Of a DNA stretch of 64,000 nucleotides, positions 47,801-57,487 are shown one piece after another. The position numbers were made by a program, and so were the translations under genes. The notes beneath the pieces are model-generated. The model did not search any database and was not told the origin of the DNA. It saw nothing but the letters and a program-made list of their open reading frames with translations. The DNA comes from a virus (lineage: Duplodnaviria > Caudoviricetes): positions 1,719 to 65,718 of IMG/VR virus record IMGVR_UViG_3300037587_000358, one strand, 5' to 3'. Position 1 is the stretch's first letter; each line of letters opens with the position of its first letter.

Positions 47801-49229
47801 GCTGGGTTCAATTGGCATCTCTACCCCTCCATGTCTTTTTAAAGCTTTTAAAGATTTGCGGCATCGCCTCTTTGTAATATATGCAAGAACCAATAATTAC
47901 GAAAAGGATTGATGCACAGATAAATGCAATTGGCACGGCAACAACCATGACCAGTCTTCTTAGTAGATCGTCTTTAATATCAATTATTGGAGGTATCTTT
48001 ATCATACTGGCAACCCCAGCTTCCCCGCTATGCCTTTACACTCAAAGCACGGCTCATGCACCATTGACTTCCTGCTCTTAGCCTGAGTCTTGACCGTTCT
48101 CTCTATCCAATACATACTAACCATGCCATTGTCTTTTAAATGCTTCAGCTCCTTCTTCGTCAGCTTATGCTTGTATGGCTTTGTCATGACACTACTCCTT
48201 TGAAAAAGTAAAAATAAGTATCTGCCAGCCCCTTGCATGCTGTTATAATCACAATAGCTTTGTAAGTTTTCGGAAATTGCTTCCACCACTTACGCATCGA
48301 TGAACCTCCTTGTCAAATCTGTGATGGCTGCATCGTCCAGCCCCATGTTAAACCTGCGACACGCCTTCAATACATTACCCAGCGTGAAAGCCCTTGCCTT
48401 GCATTCGAAAAATATCTGATCGACTTCAAGGTTACAAAACAACTCGCAATCTCTCAGTATTGCGCTAAAGACATCTCTCTTCAATGGTTCCTCCTTTATC
48501 CCTAACATTTTATTGGTAACTCTGGCCATACTCCATCCAATGCGGAAAGCCTCATTAACCTTGCCTCCGAAATATTCTTCGTATTCGTCTACGCTCTCGT
48601 ATGCATAATCGTTATGCTTTACACCAGCCAAGAACACTTCCTTTGCAAACTTTACTGGCCTTAACACTATCAATGCATTGTCATACCTAACCAACCACCA
48701 TCTATAGAATGCTACTACCGCTTTCTCCATTACTCCCTTCCCTTCCATGCTTCTACGAGTGCTGGTGGCAAGTCTGTTAATATTTCCTTTATATGCTCCA
48801 CTACCGCTATGCATACTGAGGCAACGATTGATGGTATTACCAGCACAACCAGCACTGCCCTTCTCTTGTACTTATTATTGATATTAATAATAGCCTTCAT
48901 GTCATCTCCTATCCAAAAACCTGTTCACCGAATAAAGCAAACTGTAGTACCTCGTCTGCATCTCCTGCGTCTGTCGTGCAAAACTCAAAGTCAAACTCCT
49001 TCTTGTTCTGCTCTTCATACAGCCTGATACCTTCAATCACCTTGGCTTTGGTGATTGTTTGCGACGGGTAATCGTCGATTAATACCTTGAACTCCCCGCC
49101 ATCTGCGATTGCATCAGAATAATACCTATGCTCTCCCTTGTCGCCTTCCAGGCTGTCAACCCAATGATTACTTCCACCTTCAAATGCTGTCGTAAGTACG
49201 CCTGATATCTGTTCGTCTGTTGCTGTCAT
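44869..49229 (-). other. Leftward operon of ~12 short hypothetical (early/host-interaction) genes
   Basis: Tightly packed minus-strand ORFs with SD motifs, e.g. 44869-45546, 45549-45788, 45901-46209, 46363-46614, 47060-47251, 47808-48005, 48909-49229. Confidence 0.7.
46611..47063 (-). CDS. Diverged paralog of tail protein 8736-9143
   Basis: Shared motifs Y..FK..L, I.VALM, NEI.G.GY.A.G..L, DG.D..W..A..TA, SF.F, F...W...G.I; GTG start with SD AAGGGAG. Confidence 0.75.
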   Translation of the reverse strand: MKCKVYGAFKDDLLSKDFCFSEGIHVALMGKKYKHHDDDLIWGHISRNEIHGSGYEAYGKPLLNMSISKNKGGIHIDGDDIVWDNAYITAHAIVMYASYTHRLVGSFIFDHGLTCNRKFIIEWNDKGVIYEPNPDEPPQYLTSYLEGGIH

Positions 49230-49350
49230 GATGTCTCCTTATCAATCTATTAAAATAAAACCTTGCGCAAGGTCTCCTGCTTCAGTTCCTTTGGTAGCTG
49301 CATATACTCACAGCGTCCGTCTACTCCGTCGCAGGGGAATAATTTATTTC

Positions 49351-49540
49351 CTATAAGATATCGTCACATACTTTCGTTAACATATCTAATGCCTGTTGGA
49401 CATATGATACAGCGTCAAGGCAGTCCTTCTCTAAGCCATCTCTGATTATCTGCTTTGTGAAAAAAACTAACGCCGGGAGACTCCATGATCTGATTAACTG
49501 CATCCTTTGTTTCCTTTGATACATACTTTAAGTTTTCCAT
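49351..49540 (-). pseudogene. Small gene broken by one extra nt in a T7 run
   Basis: SD and ATG at 49540; span is 63 codons + 1 nt; removing one T of 49460-49466 gives a continuous 62-aa protein. Confidence 0.5.
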
Positions 49541-50080
49541 ATTGACCCCTTTCTGACCTTGTTATAAAAGATAAACATGCCGTTGGTCTTCTACCCGCTC
49601 AATCTCTATTGGCACGGGGAAGACCAACGACTGATTACCTTATCATAGCCACTCCTAATTGAATGTTATCGGCTGACGGTTATTTAATACAGCATGGTTC
49701 TGCGCTCCTTTCTTTATTACTTATGAAGTAAAAGGATTATAACATCAAATAAAACTAAAACAAGACTAAAATAAAGAATACTGCTATAACCACGCTTTGT
49801 TAAGAGGATAGCAGCATTATATAATAAAAAATAAATATTAAGACAGCGATATTTCGCGACCAAGATCAAGCGAAATGAAAATGTAAGTGACTGACAGCAC
49901 GTATGTTACGACAAGCGGCGCAGCGTCCATGGCCTGTCAAGTTTTACACAGAAAAGGCTGTAGCCCTTGTGGGTACTGGCTTGCAGCGATGGTAGGTCAG
50001 GGATGGATTTTCAACGCATTTTTCCTCCATCGGTTAAGACATGATGACGCCAGCACTTGCAACATGTTTGAATTATTCAA

Positions 50081-50109
50081 TTGACATTATAATGTTATGT
50101 GGGTACTAT
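50081..50109 (+). promoter_or_regulatory. Sigma70-like promoter
   Basis: TTGACA-N17-TACTAT; ATG at 50117 is 7 nt downstream. Confidence 0.7.
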
Positions 50110-50116
50110 GATGGCT

Positions 50117-50284
50117 ATGAAATCAAGACACGAGTTGGATCAACGCAGCAAGCGCAGGAGAGTTAACTATGCGCTTGCAAAGGAGTTAGGGTTTACGTCT
50201 AAGGAAGCACGGCTTGTCTGTAAGTGGTCACAGAAGAGAATCAAAGGCCGAGCGCACGACAGAAAAACTTATTACGGCAAATAA
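50117..50284 (+). CDS. Small basic protein, probably leaderless
   Basis: Y.LAKELGF.S.EA motif; ATG coincides with predicted TSS. Confidence 0.55.
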   Translation: MKSRHELDQRSKRRRVNYALAKELGFTSKEARLVCKWSQKRIKGRAHDRKTYYGK

Positions 50285-50300
50285 TTGAAAGGAGACAAGA

Positions 50301-50693
50301 ATGTGTGACGATGGAATGACATGGGGAGAAGGAGTAGCTTATATTGAAGTTCCTCGTGCAATGGCAAAAAACATCTCAGACTTATGCGACAAGGATCAGG
50401 TAATAATTACTTGCTGGGACGCTGGCTGGAACAGAACACACGTGACTACGTATGGTAGAGGTTTCATTAATAGCGAGCAAGCTGCCATTGGCGGCAACAG
50501 GGTTAAAAAGGCACTGAACTGGCCCGACAGCCTTTGCCATGCCGAACCAGAACGAGTTGTTATTCTCAAGCAGGCATTGAAGAGATTCAAGGCCGTCGTA
50601 AACTCTTTAGATTGCCAATGCGACGAAGACTATGTCTGTACCACACACAGCGATTTAGCACTGGCAGACGAAGCAATAAGGGCGATGCTATGA
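50301..50693 (+). CDS. Conserved-looking phage hypothetical protein
   Basis: SD AAGGAG; DQVII..W...THVTTYG...AA..GN motif. Confidence 0.65.
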   Translation: MCDDGMTWGEGVAYIEVPRAMAKNISDLCDKDQVIITCWDAGWNRTHVTTYGRGFINSEQAAIGGNRVKKALNWPDSLCHAEPERVVILKQALKRFKAVVNSLDCQCDEDYVCTTHSDLALADEAIRAML

Positions 50694-50975
50694 GTAAAAA
50701 ATGTGATGGATGCCAACACATACGCAATGCCGATGACTTTGTTGGGTTCTGCTACATGTTCGATGAAGAACCGGAGACACTGCCATGCGGTCAGCACGAC
50801 AAGTACAAAGAGGTCAGGAAGGCTACGGCGAAGAGGATCCGGAAAAACCCACTCATACTGCATTTACTGGCAATGGAAATACAATCAACAATAACAATGC
50901 CTACGTGTACAGCAGTATTTAATGAAGCACGTTATCCAATGAACAGTACTACAATTAAACGAAAGGAGACATGAG

Positions 50976-51230
50976 GTGATTGATGGGTTTGTAGTGGTAA
51001 GAGTGGAAAAGCATATTGACGATAAGTTCTGGGTATTCAAACGCTATTTCAAGGCACTGAAAGTAGCTGAAGACGTAGTGGCTTATTGGAACAAGGAGTA
51101 TGGAGTCGGGGAAGACGGCGATACAACAGAGGTAGATAACGACTTATACGGAGACCATTTGTTTAATCACGTCGTAGAAGACGGGTTTCATGTCTGTATA
51201 CAGCCGCAGCAAATTGACATAGAAGACTAA
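50976..51230 (+). CDS. Hypothetical protein
   Basis: 84-aa ORF in operon. Confidence 0.5.
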   Translation: MIDGFVVVRVEKHIDDKFWVFKRYFKALKVAEDVVAYWNKEYGVGEDGDTTEVDNDLYGDHLFNHVVEDGFHVCIQPQQIDIED

Positions 51231-51433
51231 TGCCAACGATAAAGATAAGTAAGCGAAAGCTTGAATCTTACAAAAGAGCTGAGAAGGTGGCTATGGAATG
51301 CAGGTACCAATTTTGTGATGCCAGACGTAATAATTTATCAGCCATCGTCGACATGGTCATCTATTGGATGAATAGCACGGGCGATATTAAATACAAACGA
51401 CCAAAGCAACCGAGAATGACAAGGGGACTATAA
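51230..51433 (+). CDS. Hypothetical protein
   Basis: Coupled start/stop. Confidence 0.5.
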   Translation: MPTIKISKRKLESYKRAEKVAMECRYQFCDARRNNLSAIVDMVIYWMNSTGDIKYKRPKQPRMTRGL

Positions 51434-51621
51434 TGTATAGAGTACTGAGCTATGACAACACCAGAGACTTAGATGAAGCCATCAGTAAGAAGCAGTTGGA
51501 AGGCTGGAAATGCCAAGGAGGGATATGCGGCCTGGCGATAGAGCAGAGCAGGAACAGTATATTCATTAATTACGGCACGGGTTATTTATTCATGCAAGCC
51601 ATCGTCAAGGAGGACAGTTGA
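51433..51621 (+). CDS. DUF1737-like protein
   Basis: L...I......GW..QGG...QA.VK pattern. Confidence 0.6.
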   Translation: MYRVLSYDNTRDLDEAISKKQLEGWKCQGGICGLAIEQSRNSIFINYGTGYLFMQAIVKEDS

Positions 51622-51624
51622 TAC

Positions 51625-52386
51625 ATGGCTGGCTGGATAAAACTTCATAGAAAGATAACTAAATGGGAATGGTATGACGACGGCAACACGTTTAGATTGT
51701 TCATGCATTTACTGTTAATGGCCAATCACCAAGACGGCAGTTGGCATGGAATATCTATCAAGCGAGGGCAACATTTGACTGGTAGAAAGAAGCTCGCGAA
51801 GGCATTAAAGCTGGGAGAAAGGTCAATTCGAACTTCGCTAAATAACCTAAAATCGACCAACGAAGTGACCATCCAAACGACCAACAGGTATAGTATCATA
51901 ACTGTTGTTAACTACAACGCTTACAACGATAAGGATATCGATGATGACCAGCCAAGCGACCAACCAGCCGCCAACAACCGACCAACAACCGACCAACAAC
52001 CGACCACTAACAAGAATGAAAAGAATGAAAAGAATGAAAAAGAAGTAAAAGCTATGCAGGATTTTGAGGAGTTCTGGAAAGCTTATCCTGCGAGAAATGG
52101 GAAGAAGGTTGAGAAGGCATCTTCTTTCGTGAGATACAAGGCAATGCCACTAAAAGACCGGCCAGCGATTATGACGGCAGTCAAGAACTATACAAACTCT
52201 GAGATGGTCAAGAAAGGCATTGGTATTAAAGACCCAAAGAGATTCTTGAGTAATTGGAAGGATTGGCAAGAAGGAGAGAAAGGGAGCAACGGCTCCGTTA
52301 TTATGACAGCCGAGAACAGCGAAGAGTATGACAAGCAGCTCGATGCTGTATTTGCTAAAATAAAGGAGGACGCAAGTGGCAAATAA
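51625..52386 (+). CDS. Phage replication initiator (lambda O/DnaD-like architecture)
   Basis: GWIKLHRK...WEWY...LF.HLLL.AN N-terminal domain; low-complexity linker; FEEFWKAYP C-terminal domain. Confidence 0.85.
   Translation: MAGWIKLHRKITKWEWYDDGNTFRLFMHLLLMANHQDGSWHGISIKRGQHLTGRKKLAKALKLGERSIRTSLNNLKSTNEVTIQTTNRYSIITVVNYNAYNDKDIDDDQPSDQPAANNRPTTDQQPTTNKNEKNEKNEKEVKAMQDFEEFWKAYPARNGKKVEKASSFVRYKAMPLKDRPAIMTAVKNYTNSEMVKKGIGIKDPKRFLSNWKDWQEGEKGSNGSVIMTAENSEEYDKQLDAVFAKIKEDASGK
51850..52045 (+). repeat. Iteron-like repeats / putative origin inside initiator gene
   Basis: Several GACCA(A) units, tandem CCAACAACCGA x3 from 51971, then AAGAATGAA x3. Confidence 0.65.
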
Positions 52387-52792
52387 CGAAATAGCATCAA
52401 AGGCATTGAAGGGATTAGTCAGTGAGGAAGAGTTTGCTACATTGACACCCAAGCAGCAGATGAAATACAACATAGACAGCAGTATGTGGGAGTTAGACCG
52501 ACAGCGAGGCAAGAGAAAGAAGGCAGACCTCGGTGACGTTCAAGACAGCATCACGGAATTATCTAAAGCCATGACTGAAATGCCAGACATGGCAAAGGTG
52601 CCCTTCTTCGCTGAAGTATTGATTAAGAACGGGATAACGAAGTGGCAGCTTCTTGTCGCCACGGCTGAGATACTACGATCAAAGACCAAGTTCACAGCAG
52701 TTTGCGAGTATTTCTTGGCTATCGACAGGATCAAGATAAGGATGAGAGCGTCCAGCCTTGACATTTGGCACGATAAAGCCCTTGACTTTTAG
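52376..52792 (+). CDS. Initiator-associated protein
   Basis: SD AAGGAGG, overlaps initiator stop. Confidence 0.55.
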   Translation: MANNEIASKALKGLVSEEEFATLTPKQQMKYNIDSSMWELDRQRGKRKKADLGDVQDSITELSKAMTEMPDMAKVPFFAEVLIKNGITKWQLLVATAEILRSKTKFTAVCEYFLAIDRIKIRMRASSLDIWHDKALDF

Positions 52793-52913
52793 GCATATTT
52801 GAGGTATGTCTATACACGTTGAACATTAATTGAAGAGCTTAGAATGGCTCTCACGCTCAAACAATCTTCAGTAATCACTAAAACACGACGACAACACGGG
52901 AGGAACACGAGAA

Positions 52914-53351
52914 ATGCCACCATTTACGAAGGGCAATAAGGCTGCTTTAGGGAATAAGAGAGGCAAGAATCGGATCACAAATGACGTAAGGCAAGTGTTT
53001 CACAAGGTTTACGACGAAATGGGAGCAGATAAAGAGATCGCTGACCCTGAAACAGGGGAGATGCGCAAGCAAACAGGCCATGAAGCCATGCTGGCGTGGG
53101 CGAGAGAGAATCAGACCGAATACTACCGCTTGTACGGCAAGATGATACCAGCGACGGCTGAGATGCCAGAGGACATGCATGAAGACTTTGTCGCGTCTTT
53201 GATCTTTGAAGACGAGGAAGCTGAGCTTATTGAGGCCAATGTCGTAGATGTGGGGAATGAAGGCCAATTACAGCTACCAAGTGGGGAGACTGTCCCTGAT
53301 CTGGCCCCACATGTAGGCGAATCCCCTGATGATGACACCACTGCCACCTAA
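52914..53351 (+). CDS. Terminase small subunit (putative)
   Basis: FTKGN...G..RG..NRIT...WA.EN...YY.L..K.IP pattern. Confidence 0.7.
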   Translation: MPPFTKGNKAALGNKRGKNRITNDVRQVFHKVYDEMGADKEIADPETGEMRKQTGHEAMLAWARENQTEYYRLYGKMIPATAEMPEDMHEDFVASLIFEDEEAELIEANVVDVGNEGQLQLPSGETVPDLAPHVGESPDDDTTAT

Positions 53352-53380
53352 GTCCTTATTGACAAACGACTTAGCAGCCA

Positions 53381-53408
53381 ACGTCCTATAACGGTCATTA
53401 TGTCATGT
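53381..53408 (+). other. dif-like XerC/XerD recombination site
   Basis: ACGTCCTATAA-CGGTCA-TTATGTCATGT, 11-6-11 layout with ATAA/TTAT core. Confidence 0.65.
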
Positions 53409-53821
53409 TCAAAGCAGAATGCTATCATTGCCTCAAATCTGCTATGAGATCAGGCCGTGGTGTATGAATCACCACCACGGGAAAGAAAGGAGTCCCATTT
53501 GTTTGAGGCCGGGAAAGGGGGCGGGGGGCCTGTCAGCAGAAGGTACGACAAACGATGCGCTGACTACTTTCCGGGCGACACAGGACAGATTTCTCTTTTT
53601 TGAAGTGGGTACTGCTTTAAACACAATATTTCATATTTTTTTGATTTTCCTGCTGAATACCGAGCTTCCCATAAAATATTTTTCTCAATTTTCATTTTCG
53701 GTATTTGAGCCTGTTCGTCCTGGTTCGAACCCAGGTACCTCTTTTTACTTGCCTTTTTTGGTTTTCTGTGATAGAAGCAGTGGTTAATAAAAATTTTCTC
53801 ACTTTTCAGGAGGTAGTGGTT

Positions 53822-54241
53822 ATGAACTACAGGATGTTTAAGATAGCCGCAGTTGTCGTAATATCGTTAGTTTTTGCTTTTGCCTCGGAAACGTCGGCCC
53901 AGCATGGAAGTGGTGGTAGTTATAGCAAGTGTTTTGTCACGCACGAATACGAAGAAGTATCCAGTACAACCGGGGTAGTAGGAGTTATTGAGCCGCTAAA
54001 GATCAACACCACGGGATTGCAAAAAACCCGAAGGGCTTATATTACATTCACTGGCCAAAACGTACGATTCATCTGTAGCGGAACCACGCCTTCTACAAAC
54101 CTTGGCATTCCAGTTGGAGCAGGAGGCTCGATAGAAATTGTCAGCCTTCTCGACATTCAAAACTTTAAATTCATAAACGACGATGATGCTGGTAGCGCAG
54201 TAGCTCATATCTCGTTGCAATATGAAGTGGAGATGAACTAA
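53822..54241 (+). CDS. Small beta-sandwich virion-like protein with Sec signal peptide
   Basis: SD AGGAGG; MNYRMFKIAAVVVISLVFAFASETSA|Q. Confidence 0.7.
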   Translation: MNYRMFKIAAVVVISLVFAFASETSAQHGSGGSYSKCFVTHEYEEVSSTTGVVGVIEPLKINTTGLQKTRRAYITFTGQNVRFICSGTTPSTNLGIPVGAGGSIEIVSLLDIQNFKFINDDDAGSAVAHISLQYEVEMN

Positions 54242-56589
54242 TGAAAAAATATATATTGTCATTGGTAATAATTCTCTTTCTAACCTCTCCATCTTTTGCT
54301 AATAGCACAGGTGTTATGCCCGGACATGGCGGATACCAGCCCGGCAGTAGTCCTTCCTTCGATTCTGTCAGTGGCCTTATGGCTTTAATTAATAACGATT
54401 ACACCGGAACTGGCAGTATAGTCCTTGACACCGACCCGGAGTTTCAAAACACAGTCACAGTCAATGGCGTTCTTAAAAGCCACTCACCTTTGCATATCGT
54501 CGATGGCCTTAACTTCCTGACAGGTGTAGGCGGAGCCGAGCTGTTTCATATCTTTGTCAGTGGTGTTATGACGGAAGACACTGGCCTTAATGCTGCCTTT
54601 GATAATTGCCTTGTCCAGGAAACCAACGGAGGCAATGCCAATGATATGGAAATGATGTTCTTTGATGACAGTGCTAATCGGCCATTGCTCACGCTTAGTA
54701 TTGGAGGTATTGGTAATGCCAGTTTTATAGAGCGTAGCTTGGTCATTGGTGACGGAAAAGGAGACAAGACGCTTGATGCCAACTACATAGACTTTTCAAC
54801 GTCATACCCGAACCTCAGCTTTGATACGACTGGCCTAGGCGCTGATCTCGGAGTAGAGCACGACCTTGAAGTTCTTAATAAAATCTGGACGTCTACAATG
54901 GAAGTTTCTGGCACTGCCCAAGCGGCTAAAGGCTACATCGTTGCAGACGTAGAAGTATTGCTTCATGTTCTCCGGAACAGCGACACTCAGGATGGCACAA
55001 CAAGTGCAGGTATTTTATTTGGAGTACGAGATAAAGCAGTAGGAATAACACAGCAAAACAAAGGCGCTATACTGTTTAACCGGACAGGAGGTTGGGGCAC
55101 TGGCGATATGATATTTGCAGTTGATTCCACCCTGGATAATGGAAACGCTACAAAAGAAGATGCCGCAATGGTGATAAGAAGTACGGGAGCTGTTGGTATT
55201 GGCGTTGCTGTTCCGGTTGAAAAACTGGAAGTCAATGGAAATATCAAGATAAAGGCCGGAGGGGAATTGTTTACAGAAATGGTAACAGCCAGGGACGAGG
55301 CTGGGTTATTACTTACAGAAGACGGCGGTGAAGGAATATTTATTGAAGACGCTACCGGGGATATTGGTATTGGCATAGTAACTCCAAGCAAAAAGCTACA
55401 CGTTAAGGGCGATACTAATAGCGGTGTTCTTGTTAAACAAGGTTCACAGGTAGACCCGGACGATTTGGCCAATACTTTTTGGAGCGGCCTGGCTTTTCAA
55501 AACTGGAACACCACGCACAGTTATAGCATGGGGTATTCAACTGGCGGTGATTTTGGTATATTCCGTTTTGATGGAACTGATACATATATGACTATGTTTA
55601 CAATTTTACAAGAAGGACAGGTAGGTATTGGAACAGCAACGCCATCTACGCCTCTTGACGTGCATTCATCCGGTAATAATCAAATATCTTGCATCGACAC
55701 CGACGCCCAGGCAGCAGGAACCGGAGGCGGCATAATATTTGGAGGTAAGCATACCGATGCCGGAGACATTGCGCTGGGGGGACGTATAGAGATAGAGAAA
55801 GAAACATCTGTATCAGGCGAGTATGGCTTTGACATGGTTTTTGATACGCAGGAAGACGGAGGAACTCTTACCGAAAGATTGAGGCTTACAGGAGATAATG
55901 AGGCTATATTTCCCGGCAAACTCGGCATTGGAATTGTCTCACCTACTGAATTATTACACGTACAAGACGGCAATGTTCTTTTTCAGGAATCTACCGTCGG
56001 CACACCTATCAGCCTTCTTATTCATCACAGCGATGGAACCAATGGTGCCAGTCATGCGACTCTGCAATTAAAAACCGAGGAAGCTGCCGGGGGCGACCCA
56101 TTAATCCGATGGACTATTGGTAATCAATCAGGCGATTGGGTTATGGGAATTGACAATGGTGATACCGATGCCTTGAAAATTGCAAGCTCGTCTCAGCTTG
56201 ACTCAGAGACAAGGGTAACAATTCATCAAACGACTGGTAATGTTGGAATAGGAAATATATCCGCCACTGTAAAATTAGAGGTTGACGGAGCAGTAGCTTT
56301 TAAAAGAGTGGGCACATCAGGGAGTAGTAATACTGCGGCAATGGGAGAAGCCCATATATACGCCATTTTGAGCACGTCTACAGCAAGGACGATGACGATA
56401 TCTTCGGCAGACATAACCCTGGGAAGACAGTTTATTATCAAGGATGAAAGCGGTGGAGCCGGAACTAATAATATTACAATAGCAACAGAAGGCTCCCAGC
56501 TCATAAACGGTAATTCGACTTTGACAATAACGGTCAATTATGGTAATTATAGACTTTATTCAGACGGAACCAATTTGTTTACTTTTTAA
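54241..56589 (+). CDS. Tail-fibre-like protein with Sec signal peptide
   Basis: MKKYILSLVIILFLTSPSFA|N; five G.(V/I/L)GIG...L(H/E/D)V fibre repeats; KDESG.A.TNNITI...SDGTN fibre tip. Confidence 0.8.
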   Translation: MKKYILSLVIILFLTSPSFANSTGVMPGHGGYQPGSSPSFDSVSGLMALINNDYTGTGSIVLDTDPEFQNTVTVNGVLKSHSPLHIVDGLNFLTGVGGAELFHIFVSGVMTEDTGLNAAFDNCLVQETNGGNANDMEMMFFDDSANRPLLTLSIGGIGNASFIERSLVIGDGKGDKTLDANYIDFSTSYPNLSFDTTGLGADLGVEHDLEVLNKIWTSTMEVSGTAQAAKGYIVADVEVLLHVLRNSDTQDGTTSAGILFGVRDKAVGITQQNKGAILFNRTGGWGTGDMIFAVDSTLDNGNATKEDAAMVIRSTGAVGIGVAVPVEKLEVNGNIKIKAGGELFTEMVTARDEAGLLLTEDGGEGIFIEDATGDIGIGIVTPSKKLHVKGDTNSGVLVKQGSQVDPDDLANTFWSGLAFQNWNTTHSYSMGYSTGGDFGIFRFDGTDTYMTMFTILQEGQVGIGTATPSTPLDVHSSGNNQISCIDTDAQAAGTGGGIIFGGKHTDAGDIALGGRIEIEKETSVSGEYGFDMVFDTQEDGGTLTERLRLTGDNEAIFPGKLGIGIVSPTELLHVQDGNVLFQESTVGTPISLLIHHSDGTNGASHATLQLKTEEAAGGDPLIRWTIGNQSGDWVMGIDNGDTDALKIASSSQLDSETRVTIHQTTGNVGIGNISATVKLEVDGAVAFKRVGTSGSSNTAAMGEAHIYAILSTSTARTMTISSADITLGRQFIIKDESGGAGTNNITIATEGSQLINGNSTLTITVNYGNYRLYSDGTNLFTF

Positions 56590-56599
56590 GGAGTTCGTT

Positions 56600-57469
56600 A
56601 TGTTTAGCCGCAAGTCGTTTCTCGCAGTTTTTGCAATGCTGCTTGTCTTAATAGCCTTTATGCCAAATGCTTCTGCTCTCCGTGGTTGGCAAGGCACATC
56701 AGGCAGTCCAGAACAGTTCTTGATTGAAGTGGAAAAAGGCAATATCCCAGGCCATAGCATTGTCCATGTCCATGGTCATGCCACTGTTGCAACTACACTG
56801 GTTCCAATCACAAACGCTCTTGTTTATCAAACCCCAACTGCTGCCGTGTCTTTGGAGGTCGTCAGTGCCGACGCCGATGACACCAGTGCTGGAGCAGGAG
56901 CCAGGACGGTGTGGATTGAAGGCCTTGCACTAGACGGTTCGGTAGTCACGCAAACAGTGTCGATGAATGGCTTGACTGCGGTGCCTATACCAACAGATTT
57001 ATGGCGGCTCATACATTGGGAGGTAGCTACATCGGGAGTCTATGCCACAACTACAACTGGTAGTCACGAAGGAGTATTGACGATCAGGGTAGCAGGTGCG
57101 GGAGCGACGTGGAGCACGATACCCGTGGTAGCATATCCTCATTCACATGCAGAAGACGGCTGGTACACAATTCCAAATGGTTATCGTGGTTATATTCTCT
57201 CTATGTCCGCAACTGCTGATAGCACGAAGTCTATAGACGTAGTTATTCTGAAGAGAGAAGAGGCAGACATCGTAGTCGCTCCATTTAGCACAATGAAAGT
57301 AGTGGCAGACGCTACTGGAGTAGCAGGAGAAGTGCGCATCAGTGAAACAAGATCGGTTATGAACGCACTCGGAGAAATGACCGATCTTGGATTCATGGGA
57401 AAAGTCGGGTCGTCTACCGGGGATATCACAGTACACATGGAATTGCTTTTAATCAAAGATGGTTATTAA
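56600..57469 (+). CDS. Virion-like beta protein with signal peptide (paralog 1)
   Basis: MFSRKSFLAVFAMLLVLIAFMPNASA|L; KGNIPGHS...DT.AG.GAR...YTIP.G. Confidence 0.75.
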   Translation: MFSRKSFLAVFAMLLVLIAFMPNASALRGWQGTSGSPEQFLIEVEKGNIPGHSIVHVHGHATVATTLVPITNALVYQTPTAAVSLEVVSADADDTSAGAGARTVWIEGLALDGSVVTQTVSMNGLTAVPIPTDLWRLIHWEVATSGVYATTTTGSHEGVLTIRVAGAGATWSTIPVVAYPHSHAEDGWYTIPNGYRGYILSMSATADSTKSIDVVILKREEADIVVAPFSTMKVVADATGVAGEVRISETRSVMNALGEMTDLGFMGKVGSSTGDITVHMELLLIKDGY

Positions 57470-57487
57470 TCTTTTTGGAGAAACATT

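Noticed and set aside
53419-53787. 122-aa ORF after TerS
   Set aside because: No SD; Phe-rich translation of T tracts; more likely non-coding.
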